Origin: Amoebidium appalachense
Lineage: Eukaryota; Protista; Ichthyosporea
Length of the DNA: 64,000 bases
Assembly (NCBI GenBank): GCA_963693365.1
Contig: CAVNZM010000010.1
Location: forward strand, 7,937,794-8,001,793
Reading direction: 5' to 3'
A program made the position numbers and the translations under genes. Shown here in pieces: positions 39,385 through 53,233 of the stretch. The notes below the pieces were generated by a model, which saw nothing but the letters and a program-made list of their open reading frames with translations, did no database searches and was not told the origin of the DNA. Every line of letters starts with the position of its first letter. The first letter of the stretch is position 1.

Positions 39385-40072
39385 CACTCGGAAAGGGGGG
39401 GGGGGGGGGGAGGGGCGCCTAGGGGAAAGGCAGGGGAAGGGGAAGGGGAAGGGGGTGGGGGGGGGGGGGGGGGGGGGGGGAGAAAGAGAAGGGGAACTAG
39501 AGGGAGGGGGGTGGTGGGGAGGAGGGGGGAAGGGACGGGAGGGAGGGAGGGAGGGAGAGGGGGAGGTATGGGAAGAGAAAGAGAGAGCGAGGGCGAGAGT
39601 GAGAGAGAGAGAGGGGCTGGTGAGAGAACAGGGAAGGCACCCGAGGGGTAGGGGGTAGGGAGGGAGGGAGGGGGGGGAGGGGGGGGGGGGGGGGGGGGAA
39701 GGTTAGAATGCATTATGGAGTACAAATTACACAAGCATACAATGACTATGTAGGGTGCAAGACAAACACATAGCAATTGCATGGGGGCATGCGCATGAAG
39801 TGCGTACCTTGGGCGCATGAGCATGTGTGTACACTGTTGCCCCTTGCAGGTGGTTTGAAAGCCGGCGGGAGGGGGGAGGGGGGGGAAGGAGGGGGAGGGG
39901 GGTGCGAATAGGTCAAGGAGTACGAAGCACAAGATTACGGCCGATAAAACAATGAATATCTCGTAAAGACAAGACACAACGAGTTTGTGTCATAGGTAGA
40001 GCTCATATTCAGAAGGGGCCTATATCATCAACAGTACCCCGGGCAGGGGCCCGGGGAGGGGGGAGGGGGGAT

Positions 40073-40111
<39 letters not shown>

Positions 40112-40232
40112 TGTTTGCGTTAGAGGGTTGGAAATATGGAGGAGACAACAAAGAGCAACAAACAAAGCATCGCAAAAGTGGGAAATCCAAAATCAAACAA
40201 TTTAAGCGTGCAGGCAGAAGACACTTGAACAG

Positions 40233-40276
<44 letters not shown>

Positions 40277-40823
40277 ATCACACAAGCAAACTATCAACTG
40301 AGCACTTAAGTTCCGCTATTTATCAATTTTATTTTTCTCCCTTTTTTTTGGGGGGGGGGGGGGGGGGTTTGAATGCGGAACACGGTACGAAGTACGCATA
40401 CACGACGAGAAGCATGGTGCAGGACACATGCAAAGGCAAACATTCAAGTATGCAACATCAGCCATGTGCACAGTAAGCGTCATAAGCAGAGCCCATCCTC
40501 AGGGAGGACCCAAGTCATCAATTGCGTCTGTGTTTCGACCCCTTAGCCCGCGTATATACGACGCTCCAACTCAGACAGCAGCATCAACTGACCTTGGGCG
40601 GGTCAACCCGTCTTGATCAAAGACGAGCAGGATTGCTTATGCAAGCAAGGTGAGCAAAACGGTGAAGATGTGTGTGCAAACTAATGCAGTGCAGTGAAAA
40701 ATGCGTATGTGCTTACAGATGCACGACACAGAGCAACCATGCCCGGTTGCATGGAAGTAAAGCAGTCTCCACACAGTGGTCTGTCCTGAAAGGACACCTC
40801 TGAAAGAAGACTGGGGGGGTTTG

Positions 40824-40861
<38 letters not shown>

Positions 40862-42435
40862 GGGAAGATGTATACCGTTGTGTGCGTCACAGCACTATGG
40901 CTGTCCAACTGTGCCTTCAACACCCTCACTTGCAGCTTGAGTGTCCGAACCTCAGCACTCTCCGTAGATACCCCCACCCCAGCTTTTCCTCCCTGCCCGT
41001 CCGTCCCACCCACCCCACCCGCCACAGGGGAAGGCGAAGCCAACTCCCTTTGCAATTTCTCTATTTCTTTCGCCTGTCGTTTTGCCTCCGTTTTCTGTTT
41101 TTCCGCGTCGATTTTTGCCGCCAATAATTCCCGTTTGAGTCGCATTAACTCGTCCTGTTGTCTCGTGGCGTCATCCTCCGCCCGTCTCTTTTCTTCCACC
41201 GCTCTGTTTCTTTCTTTGCGTAAAAATCCCACCTCATCTTCGAGAGCTTGCACTTCCAACTTTCCCTTCTCTACGCTTTGCTCCAAATCGGCTATCCGTG
41301 ACTCCATCAGGACACTATCAGTACCTCTCTCTCTACTTCTTTCCCTGCTTTTCTCTCTACTTCTCCCACGCTCCCTCTCTCTCCCCCTGTCTTTCTCCCT
41401 GTCTCTCTCTCTTTCCAACCTTTTTATCTCTTCAATCAACTTGCTTAGCTCTCCGTTCAACACGTCTCTTTCCCCTTCAATTGTCAGTAGCTTTCTTCTC
41501 AATTCAGCCCCTTCTTCCATTTTCTCCTTTTTCAACCTCTCCACTTCTTTCGATAATCTATCTCGCTCAGCGAGATTTTTCTCGGCTTCTTTCCTCAACT
41601 CTTCAGTCACACTTTCAAATTGTTTCAGTCTATCCACCTCTTTTTGCAACTTATCTCTCTCCTCTTTAAGTTTATCCATCTCCACTTTTATCTCAGTCTC
41701 CCTCTTAAGCCTCTCTACCTGCCACTTTTGCAGATCGCCGCATCGTTTTTGCCCCACTGCTTTCTCTTCGTCCAATTCTACCTTCATCCTAGCAACCTCT
41801 CTCCTCTCCATTTCCCTTTCCTTCTTCATTTTCTCTACCTCCTTCTCCAATTTCTCTTTTTCGTTTTTCAACATTTCAATCTCCCTTTTTGCCTCGCCCG
41901 TCCCTCCTTCCCCACCCACTCCGGGTTCCGTTTTTATCCCCCTTGCCAACGCTAGCTCCGATTTCAAAACCCCAATTTCCTTCTCCCTATTCTTCAAATT
42001 TGCCAGAAACATGTGCATTCTTAATCCCAACTCGTTATTTTCCCTCTTTGCTTGTCCTAACTCCGACTGCAAACGTGCCACCGTAACTTCCTCCCCCCAC
42101 GTACCCCTTTGCACGAGTTGGCTCACCGAACCCAACAATTTCTCGAGTTCCGCGCTGCATCTTGGCGGGGGTTTTAAGGCTGATGGGTCTGGTGGGGGGG
42201 AACCATCGAAAATCGCAGTCAACGCGGTGATTGCGGTCATGAGGGATGATCGGATCGCGGAAATTTCCTCTTCGATTTCGATCAATGCCTGAATGCGTTG
42301 GGTGAGGTGGGCCGGGGTGGTTGGCTGATAGATGGAGGTGAGGTCTCCGTGTGCTCTGCAGGGATGGATATTTAGCATAGGCACATGCACATAGCACGTG
42401 GGATGTACGTGTGTGTGTGTGGGGGGGGGGGGGGA

Positions 42436-42473
<38 letters not shown>

Positions 42474-43561
42474 GGGGAAGGGGGGGGGGGCAGGGGGGAG
42501 GAGGGGGGTTCCGAGTGGGGAGGTCTCTGGAGTCAAAAGGGTTTATGTGGTAAGCTAGGCTTCATGTGCATGTCACCACCTGTGTACCTTTACGTATGTG
42601 CTTGTCCATGTGTGGGTGTGTCTGTCATGGAGCTGTGTGGGTGTGGGCGCCTGCATCTGTGTGTCTTTCTGTATGTGTGTCTGTTTGTCTGTGTGTGTCC
42701 ATTGGATGTGTGTGTGTGCAGCGCTGTTGTGTATTAGCTGTTCCAGTACAACGGGGCATCTGCCTAAGTAAACCATCGATCGAAAGGCATTCCCATTCAA
42801 TGATTCAAAGGCTCCCGTGATGAGCTGACCCCCCCCCCCCCCCCCCCCCCCCGGGAACCCCCCAACAAGCACACACACAAAAAATATAAATTATCCGATC
42901 ACAGAAGGCCCCCCTCCCCCCTTCCCCCCTCCCCCCACCCTCTACTTCATCACGGGAGGCACCAAAAGACTCCCCCCCTCCCCTCCCCCCACACACAGAC
43001 ACACAGGCACACACGCACGCACGCACGCACGCACGCACCTGTCCTGGACCCATCCCCCCAGCACGTGAGCCAGTGCCTCTGTGCACTTTCTCCTCTGGTC
43101 CCCCTGCAGGGCCTCAGCCACCCTCATGCCCGTCTGCAGCTCAATCTCCTCCTCAAGTGCCTGGATGAGCCCACATGCCTCTGCATGGGCAATCATCCTA
43201 AGTCAGTATTACTTGATTGGTAGAGAAGGGGGTGGCGGGGTGGCGGGTGCGGGAGACACGGGGGGGGGAGGGGGGGGGGGGGAGGGGAAGGGGGGAGGGG
43301 GGGGGGAAGGGGGGAGGGGGGGGGGGGGGGGGAGGAGAGGGGCGGGGGGAGGGGGGAGAAAGTGAGAAAGAGAGCGAACAAGAGAGAGAGAAGGGGCTGA
43401 CACTGGGGATGGCGCATCAGGGGGAGAAACGTGAGCCGGGTGAATAGGCGGAGTGGAGGAGGATAAGGGGTACTGGGGTTGTTGGGGGTTTTTTCTTTTC
43501 TTTTCTTTTCTTCTTTCTTTCTTTCTTTTTCCTTTCTTCTTCTTCTTTTTTTTTTTTTTTT

Positions 43562-43613
<52 letters not shown>

Positions 43614-44057
43614 TGGGGGCAACGTGCCCAAGGAATGCAGGCAGAAAAAAGAGCACCAATGGTGATGGTGGATGGACAGAGACAGATGCTGACGAGGCAA
43701 GAGGGTAGGACAAAATATAAAAATGTGGACAATTTCTGCACTATAAAGGCCAGAAGAGAGGGGAATAGGGCTGTGCCTGCGCCAGACATCAGCATACCGC
43801 CATCAGTCCCCCCCCCCCCCCCCAAATCCTATACACCACACCACACTCACTACTCTCCACTTACCCCCCACCCCCAACCCCCCCTTCCCCCCAATACCTA
43901 AACCTGCAAATGTTCACTTGCCCACTGCCTTACCACCATCACCTACACCCACAGTTCTCCCCTTATCCCCCCCTACCCACCCACCCCCCAACCCGCTACC
44001 CCCCCCCCCCCCCTCCCCCAGCCCTCCCCCCCATTTTTATCACCTATACCTCCACCT

Positions 44058-44088
<31 letters not shown>

Positions 44089-44142
44089 ACAAAAGAAAAA
44101 AAAATGAAAAGAAAAGAAACCACCAAAAGGAAAGCAGGAGGA

Positions 44143-44188
<46 letters not shown>

Positions 44189-45311
44189 TAGAAGGTAGCT
44201 AGTCAGGCGACACACCTTGGTGGGCCTGGTCGGCATCTGCAAGGTACGACACCACAGCTGCCCCCTGCCCGTCCTTGAACTGCTCCTCTGCAGGGCCCCA
44301 GCCGTTACAATCCATTAAGTTAATCAATCCCCCCCCCCCCCCCCCCAAAAAAAAAAAAAAAAAAAAAAAAAACCAAAAACAAAACACACACACACACACA
44401 TACACACACACCCCTCCCCTCCCCTCCAATTATGTTTTATCATCATCGCAGCCATCTCGAACACGTTCCCATCATCATCTGCAATACCTCACGATTCCCA
44501 CCACGATTCTATCGGCAGAGTTATTACACTAGTCTTCTCTCCACAGCCATCTCCGAATCCATTCTCTCCCTCCCATGCCTATGTATGCATCCTCTTTCAA
44601 GGCTCGCATTAGTACTAAATCCTTAAGGTAAAGCAAAAAGAAACTAAAAAAGAACACAGGTCATACCATGCAAAATACCATCACTCCGGCAACACAACCC
44701 CTTCACCCAAAGTTAGAATAGATGCACGCGCACAAAGCCACCATGTACAACACCCACACTCCGACAACAGGAAAAAAAAAAATCCATTATTGAGTTAATA
44801 CACAAATCAAACACTACATAACACCCACACTAAATCCATTATTGAGTTAATACACAAACCAAACACTACATAACACCCACACTAAATCCATTATTGAATT
44901 AATACACAAATCAAACACTACATAACACCCACACTAAATCCATTATTGAGTTAATACACAAATCAAACACTACATAACACCCACACTAAATCCATTATTG
45001 AGTTAATACACAAATCAAACACTACATAACACCCACACTAAATCCATTATTGAATTAATACACAAATCAAACACTACATAACACCCACACTAAATCCATT
45101 ATTGAGTCAATACACAAATCAAACACTACATAACACCCACACTAAATCCATTATTGAGTTAATACACAAATCAAAAACTACATAACACCCACACTCCATT
45201 ATTGAGTTAATACACAAATCAAACACTACATAACACCCACACTCCGGCAACAAGGACGACATGCAATTTTTAGCACCCACGCCCGCCCGCCCGCCCGCCC
45301 GCCCGCCCGTC

Positions 45312-45356
<45 letters not shown>

Positions 45357-45774
45357 GGTCACCATGAACAACACCCCCACTCTACACCCGAACACAACAT
45401 GCACCCTACCCCCCGCATGCACACAGTACCCCACCCCCCGCATGCACACAGTACCCTTCCCTCCGCATGCACACAGTACCCTACCCCCCGCATGCACACA
45501 GTACCCTACCCCCCGCATGCACACAGTACCCACCCAGTCTGTCTCCTTGCAGCTGCTCATAAGCCGCAATCACCGTCTCGAGGCTCTCACGCACCTGCAC
45601 CGCCGACACCCTACACCACCCTGTCAGATGGGCCTTATGCCATGTCGTGCAAAGGTTATTTCTTTGGCAGTGTAAATGAAAATATATAATCACGAGAGTG
45701 GACACGGGATCATCCACCCACACCCACACACCCACCGGCCAGCACATAGCACACATATACACACCGCGAGCGCG

Positions 45775-45811
<37 letters not shown>

Positions 45812-46043
45812 CGTGCACAAGTGTGAGCAACACAAGGAAACACGTCCTATCACTACCCCCGAGGCATAAATCCCCCCCTCCCCCCACCCTCCCCCTTCCT
45901 GGGAAAGCAAAACAGAACATCCAATACGACCAAATAACTTTTAACAGGCATGAGAATTTGCATGCATCCAAGAAGACGGGGGGGGGGGGGAGGGGGGGGT
46001 ATACAGGTACATGTACCCATCCCCCATCCCCCCCCCCCCCAAG

Positions 46044-46108
<65 letters not shown>

Positions 46109-46120
46109 CACACGTACACA

Positions 46121-46187
<67 letters not shown>

Positions 46188-46279
46188 GCACAAGCACATA
46201 CCAATCTCTTAATCAGCATGGTGCATTCACCCTACTCAAGTTCCAGAGAAAAATTGTAGGGGAGTGTGGAAAGAGGGCG

Positions 46280-46310
<31 letters not shown>

Positions 46311-46473
46311 AATACACCTACACAATATTCCAACACCGGGCCGACTCATAGGGGTCGTGAGCTGATCTGCTCCCTGCCTGCCTGGCACCATCCAGTGAAG
46401 ACTGGTCCCTCTCCTCACCTGATCTCATCACCACATCACCTCCCTCCCCTCCCTCGTCCATCAAATCCTGGAA

Positions 46474-46504
<31 letters not shown>

Positions 46505-47300
46505 TATAAAAATGAAAAAAATAAATGACGGTCAGTACGAGGCCACACATAGCTATGTTATTTCTAAAAACACTCGTGATCGAACGTCACATTTTCATAC
46601 AAACATCCTTATCTTGTTTCAAGCACAAGATTCGTTTGTGGTTAAAGGAGGAAAAGGGGAGGAGAGGGGGAGGGCGGCAGCGGCGGCGGCGGGGAGGGGG
46701 GGGGGGGGGGGGGGGGGGAGACAGCAGGCTGTAGTAGAGATGAGCAAATCATAAACCGGAGACAAGAAGAAAAGGCATGGGCAAAGGGGGGGAGAGGGGG
46801 GGGGGGGGGTAGAAATCCCGAATCAACAGCGGGGAGGCACGGCACTGCAACGAATGCACGTACAGAGATTACAGGGTGCATGGGTCGAGGTGAAAAGGAG
46901 GGGGGGATATTAAACCCGGGTTGGGCTATATATTTCCATAAAAGGACACAAAAGGACAGTATATGTTTGTGGTTTAGGTTAATAGCATTAAAGAATATAT
47001 TAAGATGATGTATGTATGTGGTTTGAATTGTGTATATTGAAGGAAACAGCGGCACATGTGTGCGGTATGGGCTATATCCACACAATAGGAGATGACAAAA
47101 GGGATGGGGTCTAGGGGTGAGTATGTGGTTGTAATGGGCCAGCGTACCCATGGGAGAAACCACCCGAGGTAAGACCGTGGAGGGGGGAAGGAAGGGGGGG
47201 AGGGGGGGAGGGGGGGGGGGGGGGGGGGGGGGGAGAAGAAATGAAACCAGTACGAAATGGCAAAAAACGGGGTGGGTGGGTGGGTGGGTGGGTGGTTGGG

Positions 47301-47335
<35 letters not shown>

Positions 47336-48766
47336 AAAGGGAAGTCTATTGTTAAACAACACGTAAACGACAACCTTGGAAGGGCCGCCCAGACAAGGAA
47401 TGCAGCCAGAAAGTTACGAGGCTAAGAGAGCGTGAAAATGACAAAAGCAGAAGAGGACACTGAAAGCAACAGTGAGAGGGGTATTTGCAGGAAAAGAAGT
47501 TGGTGGCAGACATTACATGTGGGGAGAAAACGGGGGGGGGGGGGGGGAGAGAGAGAGAGAGAGAAAAGGGTGGGGGTGGGGTGGGGTGGGGTGGGGTGGA
47601 GGGGAGGGGGGAGGGGGGGGGGAGAAGGGTGGGGGGGGGAGGGGGGGGGGGGGGTGGGGGGAGGGGGGGAGGGGAAGGAGCTATGAACTCCGACTTCAGT
47701 GCAAATGCTTGAGAGCTCCACTTCTGCCCTACCACACATCAACTCAATTCCTGAACTCTACCAGCTGAAAACAAACAAAATATGAAAGGCAACATGCTCA
47801 ACAGACAAGCCGTGGCCGCTCGAACCTCACACAGCTAATTCACCAGCCTTACCAACCCCCAAAATATGTGAATGCATGTTCATGAAGCAACGGAAAGGGG
47901 TTAGTGTGAGAGGGCGTCTTAGGCAGATCGAGCAAGACACCGCGGAAGAGGGGGGGGCGGGGGGGGGGGGGGGGGGGGGGGGAGAAGGAGGGATGGGACG
48001 GTGGGGGGGGGGAGAGAGAGAGCGAGAGAGAGAGTAAGGGAGAGAGGAAGCGAGAGAGAGAGAGAGAGAGGACACACACCGAGAGAGAATAAGAGTGAGA
48101 CAGGAGATAAAGAGGCAAGCGAAGAAGAGGCCAAGCAAGGAATGGAACAGGAAAGGGGGAGAGCCTCGCTCGCACACAAGCTCATTCACACGGACATCGA
48201 AGGAAAAGGAACACACAAGTTCCCGAGAACGAGCAGGCAAAGGCAGGCAAACATGTGCACTCAATACAAGCTGGTGCAAAAATACAGCACTCCAATTGAG
48301 TATCTACATAACAAAAAAAAAGGTGCAAATGTACCTTTGCACCATGGGGCATCCCCCCTACCCTGCCCTCCTCCCTCCTCCCCCTCTCCCTCCCCTCCCC
48401 CCTTCCCGAAACACAATGTGACATACCCTCACCCTTTCTTCCTCCCCCTCCCTCCCTCCGCTGACACACACACACCACCACCACCATCACCACCACACAC
48501 ACACATACAGTCACTCACACATTCACACACGCACTGACCCACTCACTCACTCGACTACATTCACTACCTCACGCGTGCCCGAGCGTGCGCGCGAACACAC
48601 ATACGCACACACGCACACGCACACCGCATGACACACACGCGCGCGCGCACACACACGCACACACACACACATACACATAAACACACACACACCCACAGAC
48701 ACACGCACACGCACACACACGCATACAAGCACGTACCCCCAGAGGCTCCAACTCTTCGTCACTCAT
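38948..48766 (-). CDS. Multi-exon long coiled-coil protein of unknown function (5' exon structure uncertain)
   Basis: Large E/K/R-rich exon 40876-42355; last exon 38948-39149; further GT-AG exons near 39810-39840, 43039-43197, 44216-44288, 45535-45620 and 46344-46417; candidate start [10 protein letters not shown] at 48766. Confidence 0.65.
39900..40043 (-). repeat. Degenerate copy of the 453-bp family
   Basis: GTACGAAGCACAAG..AGAGCTCATATTCAG..TCATCAACAGTACCC. Confidence 0.55.
40362..40826 (-). repeat. Full-length unit of the 453-bp family plus a few bases of a preceding unit
   Basis: Collinear with the array unit with scattered substitutions; ends GAAGACTGGGGGGGTTTGAA. Confidence 0.92.
44779..45243 (+). 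repeat. 52-bp AT-rich minisatellite, ~9 copies, intronic
   Basis: Unit AAATCCATTATTGAGTTAATACACAAATCAAACACTACATAACACCCACACT. Confidence 0.92.
45403..45532 (+). repeat. ~25-bp minisatellite, ~5 copies
   Basis: Unit ACCCTACCCCCCGCATGCACACAGT. Confidence 0.85.
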
Positions 48767-50200
48767 TTTAAACAACCGTGGTACCGCCCAGCGCAACTAG
48801 CGTTCCAATTCTCTCGAATGATGCCCACAATAACCACAAGGTTCACAATCTGCGTGACAAACAGGTGTTTTGCTGCCGAAGATAAAGAAAATCCTGCCCC
48901 TATAGGCCTTCGACTTGCATGTTTTTGGTTTCCGCATAAACTCATTTAACAGTGACCAGCACCTTCGTAGAAACACGACAACTGACGATAACCTGAAGGA
49001 GGCTTAGTAGAAGGCATATAAGTGTGCATTGAGTTCAGAGATGCGTTTTACATGTTCCTTCGAAGGGTTTCCCTTGAACTGTTCACACGCTTGGGGTGGT
49101 GACACAAGTGACATCGCCTCAGGCGGCCAGGCAGAATCGCACCAACACATGTCAGAAACACCCGAGGTTTGGGGATTTATCAAATATAGGCAATGAATGT
49201 CCGTTTTGATTGGCTGTGCGCAGTAAATCACTGAATGCGCAAGCTGCGCGTTACCCTGGCGTTACCGGGTTAGCGGCTGCCACAGTGGCTAGCAGCCTGC
49301 CACCGGCCGTGTTCGCGATTGGGAGTTTACGCACTGCGGACATAGTCAGGGCCCAGCCTCACGGCTCCTTTGGTGCAAAATTGCGGACTCTCATGCACGA
49401 GGTAAAAGCACTGCCGGGGAAGGTGGGGGAAACTGTGTGTGTGTGTGCTGTGTGCTGTGTGTGCCTTGTGCACCTGTGTGTGCTTGGTGGGCCGGCTGCA
49501 GACCAACGTCTTGGTTTTATTTAGTCCGGGGTCGCTTTATTTTTGAAACACTCTGCATCTGCTTTCAAATTGGTCAGGTGCGCCCTGTGACGAACCACTG
49601 CCAACCATATTCTGGGATATATTTGCAGCCAGCAGCCAGGCCGGTATGTTGCCAGCAACCGATACTATCCTATGCACATAGAGCCTCGCAGGTAAATATG
49701 TCTGTCTGCGTAAAAAATACATTGCGTGTGTGGTGTACTGAGGTATACTAACGAGAAGCCGGTGCTGCAACTGTATGTAGGTGTGTGTGTGTGTGTGTGT
49801 GGTGTGTGTATGGGTAGTAGCAACACTGCCCTGTACAATGCTAATGCCGTGATAATCAACCAATAAGATATTGGAGTAGTCACGTGAGAAATCAACAACG
49901 GCTTGACGTAAAGGCTCAACCGCTCTTCTCTGCAGATGGGGGTCTGGAGGAAACAATAGTCAGCACATATATTCCTTACGCTGTTAGCCAGGTAGAAATT
50001 TGGGCGGGAAGTTTGAGCGGGCGCAAAAAAGGTTTATATAGGAATTGTTGCATACCGACAGCACCAGCTACTAGACTACTCCACACCCACGCAATAAGGG
50101 TATGTATGACCAGAAGAAAGAAAGCCCAAAACACCCAGAAACCACGAATCGAGAACCTCACGCGCAATCCACAAAGCACATCAAAACCTAACAACAATTA

Positions 50201-52872
50201 TTATAATCTCACGACGGGCCTGTGATTTTCTTATGACTGTGCATGTGCATGTGTGCGTATGTGTGAAGCCAGTCATGTGCACACCATGTAAATCATCTAT
50301 ATGCATGTCGTTGTTTGCTTGTATGTGCGCGCTCGACTGCACCTGTGCATGCATGTGCGGCATCAAAAACATGTAATCATGCATGCATATACGAGCGCTT
50401 GTGGCAATGATAGCGTGGATTGACAGTCATCGTTTCTAAAGACCGTGATGTAACAGGTTGATTGCAAGTTCATAGGGAGGATGAGAGGTTTGCACGGGGG
50501 TTAGAGGAGCACATACTCGTGTGTGCACACGCCTACATGAATGGGTGGCTGGTGTGCGCGTGCGTTTATCTGCGCCAACCATCTTTGTGCACTTTTGTGT
50601 GTATATTTGTGTGTGTGTGTGTGTGTGTATGTGTGTGTGTGTGTGAGCATGACTTTGTGCTTGTTCGCGAGTGTATGTGACTGTGTGTGTCCGTGTGTGC
50701 ATTTGTGCGTGTGCGTGTGCATGTGTGTGGTGTGTGTGTGTCTGTGTGTGTGCTCGTACGCATGTGCATGTGTGTAAGGGGCGAGGGAGCATGCACATAC
50801 TTTGCCCACTCGACCTGCAAGATCAGATGGTCGTAGCCATAGCCCGACAGTGCCTCGATGGCCCGTGCGGCATCCTCCTTGCGCAGATAGCTGACAAACG
50901 CAAAGCCCTTGGACTGATTGGTGTTCTGCATGCAAACAGGTTAGAAAAAAATCAAATGGTGGGACGTTTTTCCAAGGAGTATGCTGGGATATTACCAATG
51001 TGTGCAAAGCTTCACTATTGTCTAAAGACTTGCTTACCATGAAGAGCAGATGCGAGGGTTGCAAGGTGTTACCCAAGAGCACGCACGGATCCGAGACATC
51101 TGAGTGCATGTGGAGGCAAAAGTGTCGTGTATGTGTGTGTCGTGCAGTTGTCGCGGGCACACGTGTGCTATAGTGGGTTTCATGCGACAAGAGGTATAAC
51201 AATCACATTGCTTCCGTGTCGTGTGTTTGTGTGTGTGAGCATGAATGTGCGTGCCTGTACGTTTGTGTGTGTGTGTGTGTGTGTGGGTTGGCGGGTGCAT
51301 GTAGGTTTGTGTGTGTGTGTGTGTGTGTGTGTGAGTGTGAGTGTGTGAGTGTGTGTGTGCGTGTATGTGGTGCCCTGGTATAGGAGAAAGAGAGGGGGGC
51401 AGAGAGGGGGGGGGGGGGGGGGGGGGGGGGTAACCTTGTCCTTGGCCAAGAAAATGCGCTGGACGGTACCGAATGGCCGGAACAGGTCCTGCAGATCTGG
51501 CTCGCGCACATCCTCCGACAGGTTGGTCACACGCACAGTCGCTGCATCGTCCACCTCTGCAGCACAAATAATAGGTCAGACGTGCCTCCCTCCCCCCCCC
51601 CCCCCCCTCTGCCTCCCGACCGCCAGACCCACATCCACAGGACACATCCGAATATACACAGGCAAACAAACTGCAAGTGACCTGGCCAAACCAACCAAAA
51701 CGAGATCAAGGCAGAGAAAAGTGGTCAAAGCACGTGCATAAGCACACACACATGGGGGCACACGTACGTCTCTGCTTCATGGACTCGCCGCGCCTGTTTC
51801 CACCGTCTCTCATGCTCGGTGGCACGTACTTGCCCTTGACCATTCCTCCCGGCCCGGCCGCTGCTGCCGCCGTGCTGGCTGCTGGCTTGCCTGCTGCCCC
51901 CGCCCCCCATAACCTGTTAGTGGTTTGCACACACACAGCACCACCCATATTCACACGACGACTCAGTGTAATGTCTCAGCATATCCCAGGGTACACACAA
52001 ACCATTCTCTATATGCAACTCTCAAGGAATGGCTCAACTCCACCACTACCCTCTTCTTGCCATGAGCCTGGCAGTACATAACCCCACGGATATCCGCATC
52101 GCCCTTCTTCCAGAACATGACAATCTTAAACCCCCCCCCCCTCCCCCCCAACACCTCCCCCGGGCAAAAAAAAAAAAAAAAAAAAAAAAAGGGCGGGTGG
52201 AAACCATAACACGCACCCCCCCCCCCCCCCCCCCCCCCCCCCACCTACTCACACAAACACACACACCAGGTACCTGCTTCCTCTGCGGCGGCGGGTGTCG
52301 GGGGGGCCAAGGAGTCCTTGTAGGGGCACTTGAGGGTGAAGTGGTCGCCCTTGCAGATACGGCATGTGACGATGCGCTGGTTGGCCAGCTTCTTCAGTGG
52401 GTCGTCCGCACCGTCCGCTGCGTCCAGGTCCTGCACACAAGGATATCAGTCACAAGCACTCTAACATCATGTGGGTTCTCCTCCTTACAACCCTCCCCCT
52501 CAACATCCCCCCCCACACACACACACAACCACACACACAGACACACAAAGGAAACACACACCCACACCCACACCCACACAACACATGCTGGCAGTTCGTG
52601 TGTGTGCATGCATCTACGATAGCCTTGTACATCCCCCCGCCCCCCTCCCCGGGCGCCGCGCGCCATATCATACTGGCACCATCCATTCCTCCCCTTCCCC
52701 AGCCAACCCCCCCATCATCCCCCCCCCCCCCCCCCCCCCCACACCGAAAAAAAAAAAGAAAAGAAAAGAAAGAAAAGCCCACACACCCACAGGTGGATAC
52801 GCTGCCACCAACACGCCCAATTGGTCCTGATGAAAAAGGGAAACCCATCCATACCTGCCACCATGCATGCCC

Positions 52873-52903
<31 letters not shown>

Positions 52904-53183
52904 ACACGCACACACACATGGGCATACCCACTCCCCCGACCACACACATCCACTACACCATTACTCACAAGCAAGCGGAAAGAGCAGACGGCACACGACT
53001 CTACACATGTCCTATGTGCACATACACCTGTCTAGGTCTCTGGCTTACCCCCCATCCACACCATCCCCAATACGCAAAACCATACATACAACTCCACACA
53101 GAAAAACACACACACAACGCCCACTGGCTCGTTTAAAAATTCAAAGACAGTCCACCTAACCCCCCCCCCCCCTCCCCCCAGAT

Positions 53184-53233
<50 letters not shown>

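Noticed and set aside
40829-42292. 487-aa plus-strand ORF
   Set aside because: Antisense shadow (S/F/L-rich) of the coiled-coil exon.
44779-45243. 52-bp array as CRISPR or telomeric repeat
   Set aside because: No unique spacers; an ordinary intronic minisatellite.
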